DNA of 64,000 bases, from NCBI RefSeq assembly GCF_009834535.1, contig NC_045697.1, forward strand, positions 68,822,001-68,886,000. Direction: 5' to 3'. Source of the stretch: Camelus ferus (Eukaryota). The notes under the pieces are model-generated. The model was not told the DNA's origin. It saw only the letters and a program-made list of their open reading frames with translations, and ran no database searches. This document shows, piece after piece, positions 1 to 12,779 of the stretch. The translations under genes were made by a program, and so were the position numbers. Position 1 is the first letter of the stretch. Every line of letters begins with the position of its first letter.

Positions 1-931
1 TTAATCACCATCATTACACATGAGCTCAGTAAATGACGGTTAGAGGATGATCACTTTACACTAGAAAACTGATCCAAGAATACTCAACAAAAATGCAGAA
101 ATAGATGTTCCCATATAGTTATGGGGGAAATGCTGTTGACCTTTCAGTTTATAGTTAAGTTGTAATAACAACTACCTATACAAGTTTGTCAGTTTTTCAT
201 CCTGTCAATTTTTAGCCAAAATTATACCATGAAATAGTCCCCTTCTATTAGGTCAAACTGACGGTCCTATTCATGACTTAAAAATGGGGTCACGGGGCAA
301 TTTAATCAGGTCTCCTAGACAACAACAACAACAAAAAGTTAAAAAAAAATTCCAATTCCCATCAGAGGTCTCCCAGATGGACTCTGTTCTGTGAATAAAG
401 CAAGGTGGTTTCCTAGTCCCACACAAGATCTTTCCAGCCATGTTGCTAAACCAGGTGCAATTAGCTCTAGGGTGCCAGAGAAAAGGTTGCAAAATCAATG
501 ATAAGTTTGGTTTTCTCTTTCTGCTACAGAGCTACTCATTGGTTGGTTTTATAAATATAAAAAATTATTGTAGACCCCTATCTTTTTGTTGACTAAAAAG
601 ATACAATCAGTAACTTCTCTACCTTTCATTATTTCAACACTATTTGCCCTAATACTTGCTTTACCTAGGATAAAAATGATCTCCCTTCAGTTGTTACTCA
701 CAGTGGATTAATCATTCTCCTTTCTTTCTCATATTATGCCTCTGGTAGATTACCAACCTAAGGTATCAAATTACTGTGTATTAATTTTCTGATTTTAGAA
801 TCCATCAACCAATGATGAAATTAAATTCTTTATCTATGGTCTATTCTCATTTGTAAAATTAAAATTTAATTGCATAAAATTAGAACTAACGTAATAGAAT
901 AGCTCCATAATTTGGGTGATTTTCTATGTGT

Positions 932-936
<5 letters not shown>

Positions 937-969
<33 letters not shown>
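937..969. repeat. poly(T) tract, 33 nt
   Basis: Uninterrupted T run; no flanking target-site duplication seen. Confidence 0.95.
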
Positions 970-972
<3 letters not shown>

Positions 973-1654
973 AAAGGAGTAGCTGCTACTATTTTTGAAC
1001 CAAATTTTCTTGATTCACTTTTAAATTGCCTCTGCCAATTATGTATGATAACACTTCACTAGTAGAGATTTAAATAATGATGTTCATCTTGCACTAATGA
1101 TATTGTGATGCTGCATATGGGAAAATATCACTAGAGAAATTAAGACACTGAGATACACTGCCAAGAAAATTTTCATTTATCATTTCTCAATGTGAATTAT
1201 CTCTGAAACAAAACAATTACAGATAGTTTAAGTGTAGCTCTATATTGAATCAGTAAGAATAAGCAGAATCTTGACTGTGGAATTTCTTCTTGCCTTATTC
1301 AATGATTCATATTATTTAATGTTATTATATTATTCAGGAAAAAACTGAAAATATTTTTTCTAGTTCAAATAATTTAGACTTATATAATCAATTGGCAATG
1401 ATTAAAGAGAACTATACAATGAGTTAAATAATCTATGAATGAATCCTTGTTAATTGTTTTATGGATATACTGAACTATATTTCCTTAAACTACAAAAAGA
1501 ATGATCATATATCCTGTTACGTTGTTTTTATCTACACTCATATCTATAATGTAGCTGCTGAGAAATGAGGGAATCTATCTATCCATCCATCTATCTATCT
1601 AGATACAAAATTTTTCCCTTATAAAGTCTATAGTCAGGGAGAAAGACCATTAGA

Positions 1655-1800
1655 CTAAACACTGGAACACTTGGCTCTTCTCACAAGCTATGTACAGTTA
1701 GAACATCCCTTAACCCTTGGACTCTCACATTCCTGATTTGTAAATGGAGATTAGATCAGATGATATACACAGTCCTGTCTACCTTTGGGATTCTACAATT
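1655..1800 (+). mobile_element. MIR-family SINE fragment
   Basis: Degenerate MIR core: caagctatgtacagttagaacatcccttaaccct...ctgatttgtaaatggagattagatcagatgat. Confidence 0.5.
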
Positions 1801-3307
1801 CCATGAAATATAATTTAAAGATGGGCTTTAAGCCTTTATCCTGCAAAGATAAAATTCACATGAGTCATCTTGTTTTTTTTCACTTTGATCAAAGATGACT
1901 AAGACTGATAAAAGCAATTTGTTCAATTCTTCATGATGACAAGGCATTCCATCAATTCTGACCTAGATGCCTATCAAATACAACTTCTGATTTAACAGTT
2001 TGCCAGTTACATTCTTAACTACCATAAAGTGCTCATGAAAGGAAATTTTCCAATAGTTCATTCCACTCAATCCCTGTTTATAACTTTAATCCCAGTAATA
2101 TATATGGGCCTTAGCAAGATTGTACCATAACATGACCTAATTCTATAAATGTATTGAATAACACATTTAAGGGAATGCATACCGCCAACTTTTTTTTAAT
2201 CAGTAGCTCATTAGAAGACTGTTTTCCAAATATGAATAATTAACTTTCTTCCCTTAGATGCTTTATAAGTTGAACTTTACTCTGTACCACAGAAAACAAC
2301 TGAGATAGCTCAGTGGTGATATTTACAATATTAATCTTAATAAAGAGCAGAGACAGATACACAAGATACAGAAATTGTGCTCCTTATTATGTTACTTCAT
2401 GCAAGCAGAAGAACTACTAAAATGTAAGATAACATTATGATAGAGATTTATATGTTATTTTTCAAAACCATAAACAGCATTGCTAAACAACAAAAGGGAA
2501 ATGGGTGAGAAGTCTTATGTGAATTCAACCTATAAATTCTGACAAAATTTATTCTAATTTAATGTTTCTACATTACTTCAAAAGGACAATCATCTATAAA
2601 AATGTTTTTTAATGAACTCTGCCTGAGATGCTTTTGAACTTTGCGATCAAAGATAAAAGAAAGTATTTTGCATGTAAAAAATACAGACACTACAAAGTTC
2701 TTATTTGCTATAACTTGCCTAAAGAACAAAAAATACCTATCTTTTAGAATACAAGCAGTGTAATTTTACTAGTCTTTTAAGTAGATTATAATTGTTGTGC
2801 TAAATCATAATAGTTTTCCAGTAAGTTTTTTAATTAATGGAAGTTAGATAAAAACAAAGCTTGGCATACATTTAAAAATTGTTCATCTAGAAATACATAG
2901 TATCTTAGACAGAAGGTATTGTGAAAGGCAATTCCAAGTCACTTGCTTATTATAATATAAAAATGTAATACATGAGAGCATCATTTGATAAACAGTCTTT
3001 CTATGAGAGGATTTCTCCTTAAAGTGTATTACCACAGATTACTCTTATTAACATGAAAAAAATGATTTTAAGTCATTCTATAAATGTTTCCAAGCATTTT
3101 CCATTTCAAGTTATACTATAATTTGTAATAAATATAATTTTATATAGGTTTGTTTCCATACAAATGAAGAAGCTGATGACTGGAATAAGAGAATGGATCT
3201 CTTTTTAAAAACTTTGTGTTCAGGTGTTAGGGTGGTTATGACAGAAGATGAATGTGAAGGAGAAAATGGCAGAAGGGTTAAAGCAGAGTAAAAGTATCAG
3301 GGTTAAA

Positions 3308-3360
3308 ACACACACACACACACACACACGCGCGCGCGCACACACACACACACACACACA
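3308..3360. repeat. compound (CA)n(CG)5(CA)n microsatellite
   Basis: Directly visible alternating purine-pyrimidine tract. Confidence 0.97.
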
Positions 3361-3519
3361 ACTACAACAACAAATCTTTTTCCCCATCTGGCACCAGACT
3401 TCTCTTAGCAAGAGAACTGCTTTAGATTAGAACAGTATCTTGATTAGCTGCTTAGAGTTGGAAAGAGAAAATTCAATAGGCTAGTCATTATAAAGACAGT
3501 AAAACAAGCATCCAGCAAA

Positions 3520-4130
3520 GTTCAATTTGATCATATTTTGCTAAGGATTTTTGTGTCTGTGTTCATAAGGAATATTGATTTGTAGTTTTCTTACTGGAAT
3601 ATACCTGCATGCTTTTGTTAACCAGTGTGCTGGATATCATTTAAAAAATAAGTAATATTCCCATCTTTTCTATTTTCTAGAAAAGTTTCTGCAGGATCAG
3701 TATTTTTTGTTGCTTAAATATTTGTGCCTGATATATTCTTGTCAGAAAGTTTTGCTTTAAGAATTCAATTTCTTTAGGAAATATAGAATTGAACTAGTCA
3801 GATTTTCTATGTCTCTTAAGGCAGTTTTGTTAATTTATGCCTTTCAAAAAATTTGTCCATTTTATCTAAGCTGTCAAATTCTTTGGTACAAAATTTTTCA
3901 CAATATTATTATCCTTTTAGTGTGTGGAAAATAATATAAGACGTACATTTTTTCATTTCTGATGTCATATCAGTTTTTTTTTTAATTCAATTTAAAAATT
4001 TTTATTGTTCATATGTAAAAATAAGGTTAGGTTTTATCACTATATCCCCTGTATGTTTTTAATGAGTGTTCATTTCATTATTGTCTGTTTTTTGCTCCAT
4101 TGAGTTTAAACCTTTTTTCTTTTCTAACAT
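3520..4130 (-). mobile_element. ancient L1M ORF2 fragment
   Basis: ttgctaaggatttttgtgtctgtgttcataaggaatattg... and tttgtccattttatctaagctgtcaaatt match antisense L1 ORF2. Confidence 0.7.
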
Positions 4131-4174
4131 AAACATCAAAAACAGATGATTACAGTATGGTTTATAGAGAAAAA

Positions 4175-4325
4175 AAATCACTGACTTTGTAGTTAAGATA
4201 GACCTTGGTTCTAATCTTGACACTGCTAGTTACTAGCTATGTGACTATTTTCTTAGTATGTCGTTAACAAATTGAGAAAATGATACCTCAGGTAACTGAG
4301 AGAATTAAAAGAGCTAAGAGGCATG
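4175..4325 (+). mobile_element. MIR fragment
   Basis: gaccttggttctaatcttgacactgctagttactagctatgtgact resembles the MIR core. Confidence 0.55.
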
Positions 4326-4509
4326 TCTAGCTTCTTAGCTATTTTGGTTATAAAATTCAAATAAAATGTGCCACATCTAAAACTAAAATATATCAATTAT
4401 TTATCAATTATATTAATTCCCATGCTAATTAAAATACACTGAACAGATATAACTCGTATACCATTCACAATAAACAGATGTTTCATCAACTAAAACATAA
4501 AAATTTTCA

Positions 4510-5471
4510 CAAAAGGAAAACCTGCAGAATGGGAGAAAATATTTGCAAAAGATGAGACTGATAAGGGCTTAATTTCTAGAATAGACAAACAGCTCATACA
4601 ACTTAATAAGAAAAAAAACAAACAACTCAATCCAAAAATGGGCAGAAGACTTAAACAATTCTCCAGTGAAGACATCCAAATGGCCAATAGGCACATAAAA
4701 AATGCTCAATATCGCTAATTATCAGAGAAATGCAAATCGAAACTACAATGAGGTATCACCTCACACCAGTCAGAACGGCCATTATTAAAAAGTCCACAAA
4801 TGATAAATGCTTGAGAGGGTGGGGAGAAAAGGGAGCCCTCCTGCACTCTGGCAGCAATTTCATTGGTGCAGCTGTTATGGAAAACAGTATGGAGATTCCT
4901 CAAAACACTAAAAATAGACTTACTCTATGATCTAGCAATCCCACTCAGGGGCACATATTTGGAGGGAACTCTAATTCAAAAAGATATAGGCACTCCAATG
5001 TTCATAGCAGCACTATTTACAATAGCCAAGACATGGGAGGAACCTAAATGTCCATCAACAGCTAACTGGATAAAGAAGCTGTGGTATATTTATATAGTGG
5101 AATACTACTCAGTCATAAAAAAGAATAAAATAATGTCATTTGTAGCAACATGGATGGCCCTGTACATTGTCATTCTAAATGAAGTAAGCCAGAAAGAGAA
5201 AGAAAAATACCATTTGATATCACTTATATGTGGAATCTAAAAAAAATAAAAAGACAAATGAACTTATTTACAAAACAGAAATGGACTCACAGACATAGAA
5301 AATAAACTATGGTTACCAGAGGGGAAGAGAGTGGGAAGGGATAAATTGGGAGTTCAAGATTAACCGATACATAAAATAGACAAATAACAAGTTTGTACTG
5401 TATAGCACAGGGAACTATATTCAATATCGTATAGTAACCTGTAATGAAAAAGAATATGAAAATGAAGAAAA
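4510..5471 (+). mobile_element. young lineage-specific L1, 5'-truncated (ORF2 C-terminus plus partial 3' UTR)
   Basis: ORF pieces [27 protein letters not shown] and [27 protein letters not shown]...[14 protein letters not shown] are L1 ORF2 C-terminal motifs; imperfect TSD at 4497-4509 / 5472-5484. Confidence 0.95.
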
Positions 5472-6059
5472 ACAAAAATTTCCAAAGCCAAATATTAAAA
5501 AATTATTTCAAGACCAGATTCCATTAACTTAGGGAAAATCATTTTATAAGTATTATACTCTTTCATTTACTGCACATTCTATACCAGCACATTATTAATT
5601 TTCAAATTCTTAAAATATGGATAATTATTTAAGAATTATTATGTAAAACTAAACCTAAGTCTCACAGTTTTCTGGTGAATGGATCAAAACTTTTACAAAG
5701 TTTCTGAAAGGATTTTTAACTTGTAATTCCCTGATGGATTTCTCTTTTAAACTCCTACTAATAAAGATTAATGTGTAAAATGTTAGCCAATCTATGACAC
5801 TGGACTGCAATAACAGCAAGCTATTTTTTCCTAACTCATTCCATCCAAATTTCCCTTCTTCTTACCTCCAAATATGTAAAATTTCAAGGTCACTAGAGAA
5901 ATGAAAGCCTACTTTAAGACAATAAGACAGAACTCTAACCATCAAAGTCAGCCTTATATGGAAAGTTTAAAAAGGGAAAAAATACTGTTTTAAATCATTG
6001 TCAGTCTTTACAGTAACTTATGACCCTACATTTGTTTCTCTGAATATTCATTTAGTTTC

Positions 6060-6200
6060 TGCTATTCCCACTAGAGTGTAAAATCCACGTAGGCAGGGAT
6101 CTTGTCTACTTTTGCTCATCATCATAGTCCAGCATCTAGCAACACATTAGGAACAAAATGTTCAATGCATTTATAGGGTAAATAAATGAACTGATTAACA
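6060..6200 (+). mobile_element. L2 3' end
   Basis: ctagagtgtaaaatccacgtaggcagggatcttgtctacttttgctca...aaatgaa resembles the L2 3' terminus. Confidence 0.7.
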
Positions 6201-7183
6201 AATATAAGCAGTTACAGGGTAAAAAACTTAATTTCCCTTAAAATTCCCTTTTCTCTTGGAAAACTGAAAATTCTCTGCCAAAACAAAAACAAATAAATAA
6301 AATAGAAACATCATCCAAGTAGTTTGGTTAAATAAGCTATTCTGAAAACTTTGACAAAACATCCAGTTTATACAGAATTCTTAAGATGCAAGCCAAAGAA
6401 GGAAGAGATCCATTTTTGTTTCCTTATCTCTATATCTCACAGTTTTTCTGACTAGGTGTATAAAGTGTTCCACTGAAACTGGTCTGGGACAGATAATTAC
6501 AAAAATACACAAAAAGGATTGATAACTGGAGGTCCTCAAAGATGCGAGTCTCACTTGAATGCAGGGTGCTATGTAAACAGTCTTTAGATTAAATCAAATT
6601 CTCTTTCTGACACTCCTGACAGATAGTAGCAAGTAACTGGGATTACAGACGATGTTTTCAACCTAAACTTTGGAAAGTAAGATTGCAATTTTTATCTGTA
6701 CAGCATAGAAATTAAAGTGACAAAGTAAACCAAGACATTAGGGAATTGAGATTCTTAGTGAATGAAAGATTCCAAGTTTGCATTTTAATATACATTTATA
6801 AATAGATTCTATGCTGCTGTGTGGTGCTCCACACTGCTTGACCCTATGATGGTTCACTTGGATACAAGTATCATAAACTCATTTATAGTATGGTATATTT
6901 TTTTGCTAGATTTCAAAAAGTGATGATTTACATTGCATTCCCCAGACTCCAGCCCACTCTCCCTTGTAAGTCAATTGTTTGTATCTAGAGAAAGTTTAGG
7001 GAAAGCAAAAGTAGGATCTATTGTGTTCAAAGAACTGAATTTTCACCTACATAAAGAAAATGAACTTCAAAGGAATTTAGCTGGTGATTTGGGGCTCATT
7101 AACACCAGCCTTTAATCAAATGTGCCAGATTTTCCTAAGTAGCCAGGTTTCCCGAGGTCCACAGCTACAGAAATTGTATTATC

Positions 7184-8617
7184 TTTTTTTTTTTTTTTTG
7201 CTTCGTTGAGGTATAGTTAACAAAAATTATATATATTTAAAGTATTCAACATGATAGCTTGATATACATATTCACTGTGAAATGATTACCAAAATCAAGC
7301 TAATTAACACATTCATCACATAGTTTTTTTTTTTTCTCTTGGTGAGAACATTTAAGATTTACTCAGCAAGTTTCAAGTGTACAATACAGTATTATTAAAT
7401 AATCACCATCCTGTACATTAGATCCTCTGAACTTATTCATCTCATAACTGAAAGTTTGTATTCTTTTACCAGCCTCTCCTCTTTCTGCCCAAACCCCATC
7501 CACCTACAACCAACATTCAAGAGTCTAGTTCTGTGAGTTCGATTTTTTAGATTCCATATATAAGTGATATCATACAGCATTTGTCTTTTACTGCCTGGCT
7601 CATGTCATTTAGCATAACATCCTCAAGTTCTATCCGTGTTGTTGCAAATGTCAGAATTTCCTTCTTTTTATGGCTGAATAATATTCCACAGTGTATATGC
7701 ATGTTACCTTTTCTTTATCCAGTCATCTCTCAGTGGACACTTAGGTTGTTTCCACATCTTAGCTATTGTGAATAATGCTTCAACAAACGTGAAAGTTTAG
7801 TTATTTCTTTGAGATACTGATCTCATTTCCTTTGGATATACACCCAGTAGCAGGATTGCTGCATAGTATTGTAGTTCCATTTTTAATATTTTGAGCAACC
7901 TCCAGACAGTTTTTCTGTAATGGCTATACCAATTTATATTCCACCAACAACACACAAAGGTTCCCATTTTTCCACACCTTCCCCAACATTTGTTAACAAT
8001 TGTCCTTTGGGTAAGAATCATTCTAATAGGCATGAGATAATAGCTCACTGTGGCTTTGATTTGCATTTCCCTGATGATTAGTGATGTTCAGCATCCTTCC
8101 ATGTACCCATCGACCACTTGTGTATCTTCTTTTGAGAAGTGTCTGTTCAGGTCTTTCACCTTTTAAAGTGGGTCATTAGTTTTTTTGCTATTGAGCTATA
8201 GGAATTCTGTACCTATTTTGGATATTACCCCTTTATCAGATACATGGTTTGCAAATATTTTCTTCCATTATACAGGTTGCCTTTTCATTGTGCTGACTGC
8301 TTTGTTTGCTCTGCTGAACATTTTAGTTTGATATAACTCCAGTCATTTATTTTTGCTTTTATTCCCCGTGCTTTTGGTGTCATATTCAAAAAATCACTGC
8401 CAAGACCAATGTGATAAACATTTTTCTCCATGTTTTCTTCTAGGATTCTAGGATTTCAGGTCTTTTGTTCAATTATTTAATCCATTTTGAATTAATTTTT
8501 GTGTATGGTGTAACAAATAGGTCCAATTTCATTCTTCTGCATGTGAATATCCAGTTCACCAGTACCATTTATTGAAAAGACAATACTTTCCCCACTGTGT
8601 ATTCTTGGCATCCTTAT
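7184..8617 (-). mobile_element. L1MA-type element (3' UTR plus ORF2 3' part)
   Basis: Poly(T) at left end; L1MA8/9-like 3' UTR (aaatgattaccaaaatcaagctaattaacac); ORF 7797-8066 MQIKATVSYYLMPIRM is ORF2-like. Confidence 0.92.
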
Positions 8618-8619
8618 CT

Positions 8620-8929
8620 TATAAGGAACTTATTTACAAAACAGAAACAGACTCACAGACACAGAAAACAAACTTATGGTTACCAAAGGGGAAGGGGAGG
8701 ATAAATTTGGATTTGAGATTAGCAGATACAAACAACTATATATAAAACAGGTAAATCACAAGGACCTATTGTATAGTACAGGGAACTATATTCACTATCT
8801 TGTAATAATCTATAATGGAAAAGAATCTGAAAAAGAATGTGTGTGTATGTGTATGTATATATATATACTGGATCACTTTGCTGTACACCTGAAATATTGT
8901 AAATTAACTATACTTCAATTTAAAAAAAG
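8620..8929 (+). mobile_element. artiodactyl-type L1 3' UTR fragment
   Basis: gaacttatttacaaaacagaaacagactcacagac...gctgtacacctgaaa...tatacttcaatttaaaaaaa; homologous to other L1 ends in this window. Confidence 0.9.
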
Positions 8930-10400
8930 AACATACAACCCAAGGCAATCTACAGAGTCAATGCAATCCCTATCAAAATATCAACAATATTTTTCACAGA
9001 ATTAGAATAAACAGTTTCAAATTTTGTATGGAAACATAAAAGTCTCCCAATAGTCAAAACAATCTTGAGAAAGAAGAACAGAGCTGGAGGAATCACACTC
9101 CCTGACTTCAGACTAAACTAAAAAGCCACAGTAATCAAAACAGTGTGGTACTGGCACAAAAACAGACACATAGACCAATGGAACAGGATAGAGAGCCCAG
9201 AAATAAACCCACACACTTATGGCCAATTAATCTATGACAAAGGAGGCAAGTACAATGGAAAACAGACAGTCTCTTCAACAAGTGGTGCTGGGAAAACTGG
9301 ACAGCTATATGTAGAAGAATGAAACTAGAACATTTTCTAACACCATATATACAAAAATAAACTCAAAATGGATTAAAGATCTAAATGTAAGACCTGAAAC
9401 CATAAAACTCCTAGAAAAAAATATAGGCAGAACACTCTTTGATATAAATCATAGCAATATTTTTGGTTCTGTCTCCTAAGGCAAAGGATATAAAAAGCAA
9501 AAATAAATAAATAGAACCTAATTAAACTTAAAAGCTTTTGCACAGCAAAGGAAACTGGTACAAAATGAAAATACAACATACAGAATGGGAGAAAATATGT
9601 ATAAATGATATGACCAATAAGGGATTAATATTCAAACTATATAAACAGCTCATAAAATGCAACATCAAAAAAATCAAACAACCCAATTAAAAATGGGCAG
9701 GAGACCTGAATAGACATTTTTCAAAGAAGATATACAGATGGCTAACAGGCACAAGAAAAGATATTCAACACTGTTAATCAGCAAAGAAATGCAAATCAAA
9801 ACCGTATCGAGATATCACCTCACACCTGTCAGAACGGCTATCGTCAAAAAAAAAATAAAATGAAATAACAAAAGTTGGTGAGGATATGGAGAAAAGAGAA
9901 CCCTTGTGCACTGCTGGTGGGAATGTAATTTGGTGCAGCCACTGTGGAAAACAGTAGGGAGGTTCCTCACAAAACTAAAAACAGAACTACCATATGACTC
10001 AGCAATTCCAGTCCTGGGTATATGTCCGAAGAAAACAAAAACATCAATTCAAAAAGACACATGCACCCCAATATACAAAGCAGCATTACTTACAATAGCC
10101 AAAGTATGGAAGCAACATAAATGTCCAGCAACAGATGAATGGATAGGAAGATACTGTATATATATGCAATGGAATACTTCTCAGACATAAAAAAGAATGA
10201 GATTTTGCCATTTGCAACAACATGGATGGACTTGGATGGCATTATGCTTAGTAAAATAAGTCAGACATAAAATGACAAATACTTTATAGTGTCACTTATA
10301 TGTGGAATCTAAAAAATAAAACAGGGGGGAGGGTATAGCTCAATGGTAGAACACATCCTTAGCATGCACAAGGTCCTGGGTTCAATCCCTAGTACCTTTA

Positions 10401-10444
<44 letters not shown>

Positions 10445-10800
10445 ATAGCAATAAATAAAATTTTTAAAAATAAAATAAAATAAAAAATTAAACAAAGTAG
10501 TAAATAGAACAAACAAACAAACAAAAAAAACCAGACACAGATATAGAGTACAAACTAACGATTATCAGTGGGTAGAAGCAATGGGGGAGAGCAAGATAGG
10601 GGCTGGGGTTTAAGAGCTACAAACTACTGTATATAAAATAAACAAGCTACAAGGATATACTGGACAGCACAGGGAATATAGCCAATGTTCTATAATAACT
10701 ATAAACGGAGTATAATCTTTAAAAATTGTGAATCACTACGTTGTACACCTGAAAGTTATACAATATTGTAAATCAACTCTATCTCAATTTTTTAAAAAAG
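8930..10800 (+). mobile_element. L1, 5'-truncated ORF2 plus 3' UTR, interrupted by a SINE
   Basis: aaggcaatctacagagtcaatgcaatccctatcaaaata, ctggaggaatcacactccctgacttcagac and ORF 9906-10190 [16 protein letters not shown] are hallmark ORF2 sequences. Confidence 0.95.
10324..10480 (+). mobile_element. Vic-1-type tRNA(Ala)-derived camelid SINE with (TAAA)n tail
   Basis: GGGGGGAGGGTATAGCTCAATGGTAGA...GGTCCTGGGTTCAATCCC; A box 10336-10346, B box 10379-10389; AT-rich tail; 13/14 TSD (10310-10323 / 10481-10494). Confidence 0.85.
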
Positions 10801-10827
10801 TAAAAGACAATCTGATTTTTAAAAAAC

Positions 10828-10912
10828 ACATTCACAGGCTCTGGAGATTATGGGATAGGCATTTTGGAGGGGTGAAGTAGGGGGACGGTAGGGCATTATT
10901 TTGTCTACAAAA
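10828..10912 (-). mobile_element. MaLR (MLT1) LTR terminal fragment
   Basis: cacattcacaggctctggagatta...gggcattattttgtctac resembles an MLT1 terminus. Confidence 0.5.
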
Positions 10913-12127
10913 CCTATGATTTATGACAATTAGTTATTCAGCACTCACAATATTCAAAACATAGCAGTTACTCAAATTCTACCAATGCATAGTCTCTAAG
11001 TAACTCTGAAGTACAGCTGATGGTCCTGCTTTAAAAAAAAAAAAAAAGCAAAGCAGACCTTTGAAGATGTGTTTTTATTATTTCTTACTGACATAAGTTC
11101 ACTTCAATTTGTATTTAATAAAACCTTGTGGTTGAGGTATGAGAACTATTCTGAAAAGGTACACTGAGATGGAAAACTGTCTTTCTGAACCTTTTCCTAC
11201 ACTAAAAAAAAAAAAAAAAAAAATTCACAGTATAGTTCCAACAGATAGGAAATATTAAAATCTCTGAAAGCACGTATCCTGCAATGAATTTAATTTAATC
11301 GATACAAAATAACCTACTGGAAAATACAGTTCAAGAGGCCTTGCTGAACAATGAATTTCATTTCTAGAGAAATAAAATGGCTAAGAGTACAACTATTATC
11401 TCTACTTCATACACTACATTGATGTTATGATTTTATGTAACATCATTTTTCTGCCTAGTACTGAATGCAATTTTAAAGTTGTCAAAGTCAAAAATACTTT
11501 ATAATACAAATAATCTCTATGATATATAGTCTATATCACATTGAAGTCTCAAGCTGATAGTTTTCCTTTCAAATTTTTTACAAATAATCTTATTTTGCTT
11601 ATTATATTCAATTAAGAAAGATTAGGCACTTAATACTTTTACTATTATCAGGATTGTGAAACACATAAATAGAACTATTGTGAAATTATCAAGATAGTAA
11701 TCATATAAAAAACTATTCTTGCAAAGTGACCTCAGTATACAGGAGCCTGTTTTTTTTTTTTCCTGCAAATACACATATTATGATGTACTTTATAAACTGT
11801 GTGAATTGCGTTTTTTGAAAATAAATAGACTTATATACCAAATCTACAATGTTGTTTACCAAGACTAACCTTTAAAAATAAAACTAAATCCATATTACAC
11901 ATCACGTTTCTAGAGAAACTACTTTGCTAATTGTATGAAATGTATATATCATAAAATTCAACTAGTCCAGAGACATCAGAGCAATAATGAATAGAGCTTG
12001 AATACTATCCTAGTGATATCAACTCTAAAAGTGACAGTTACTAGACACCTGGAAGTAGCTCCTAAACAATAGTAACAACGAAGTAACAACTGTCAGGTTT
12101 AAGATGCATACTCTAGAAATGAAAAGA

Positions 12128-12154
12128 GTGTGTGTGTGTGTATCATATATATGT

Positions 12155-12205
<51 letters not shown>
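12128..12205. repeat. (TG)n/(TA)n microsatellite
   Basis: Directly visible. Confidence 0.95.
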
Positions 12206-12208
<3 letters not shown>

Positions 12209-12779
12209 ATTTTTATGAGTATGAAAAATTCCTGAGACTGAAAGCAGGTAAGATTGAAGGAAACCTCAGTCTAGAGCATGCACTGAAGGAGCAAAAAGCA
12301 TGCAGGATAGAACTCAGAGAGAACTGACAGGGTTGTTATCTGAAAAAGAACAATTAGGCACTACCACTTCTCTCTCCTGAGAAGCCATATAAGCCTGGTC
12401 CTGTGCTGGGCCACAGGAGGCGGGAAGGGTGACAAGAAGAGAGAGAGTAAGTGGAAAGACAAAGACACAGGCGAGTGTCTCAGATGGCTAGTGAAACACA
12501 GAAGATAAAGACCAAATGTCAAAATACCCCATTTATTGGCACATATTAACTATCTCTCCTTCTCACTGGAAACAGTTCAGAGAGCAAGCCCTAACAGCAA
12601 CAGCTCCTTCCCTTAGCCCAGGGAGCTGCACCAGCACAGACACTCTAGAGTCTAATAACTGTGTGACCATGTGTCCTAGTTTTGCCAGAACTTTGGTCTG
12701 TGTAGTTCTGGTGTCCCATCCAATCTAGCATTTATTTTGAAAATAACAGCCATGTTTGAAAGATCTATAAATGCTCTAC

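Noticed and set aside
4490..5475. ORF cluster, and similar ones at 7581-10190, 46955-48111 and 60751-61080
   Set aside because: Sense or antisense translations of frameshifted L1 ORF2/3' UTR; no intact retrotransposon.
10324..10396. Possible tRNA-Ala gene
   Set aside because: Stems are degenerate, and it has an AT-rich tail and TSD inside an L1, so it is a tRNA-derived SINE rather than a tRNA gene.
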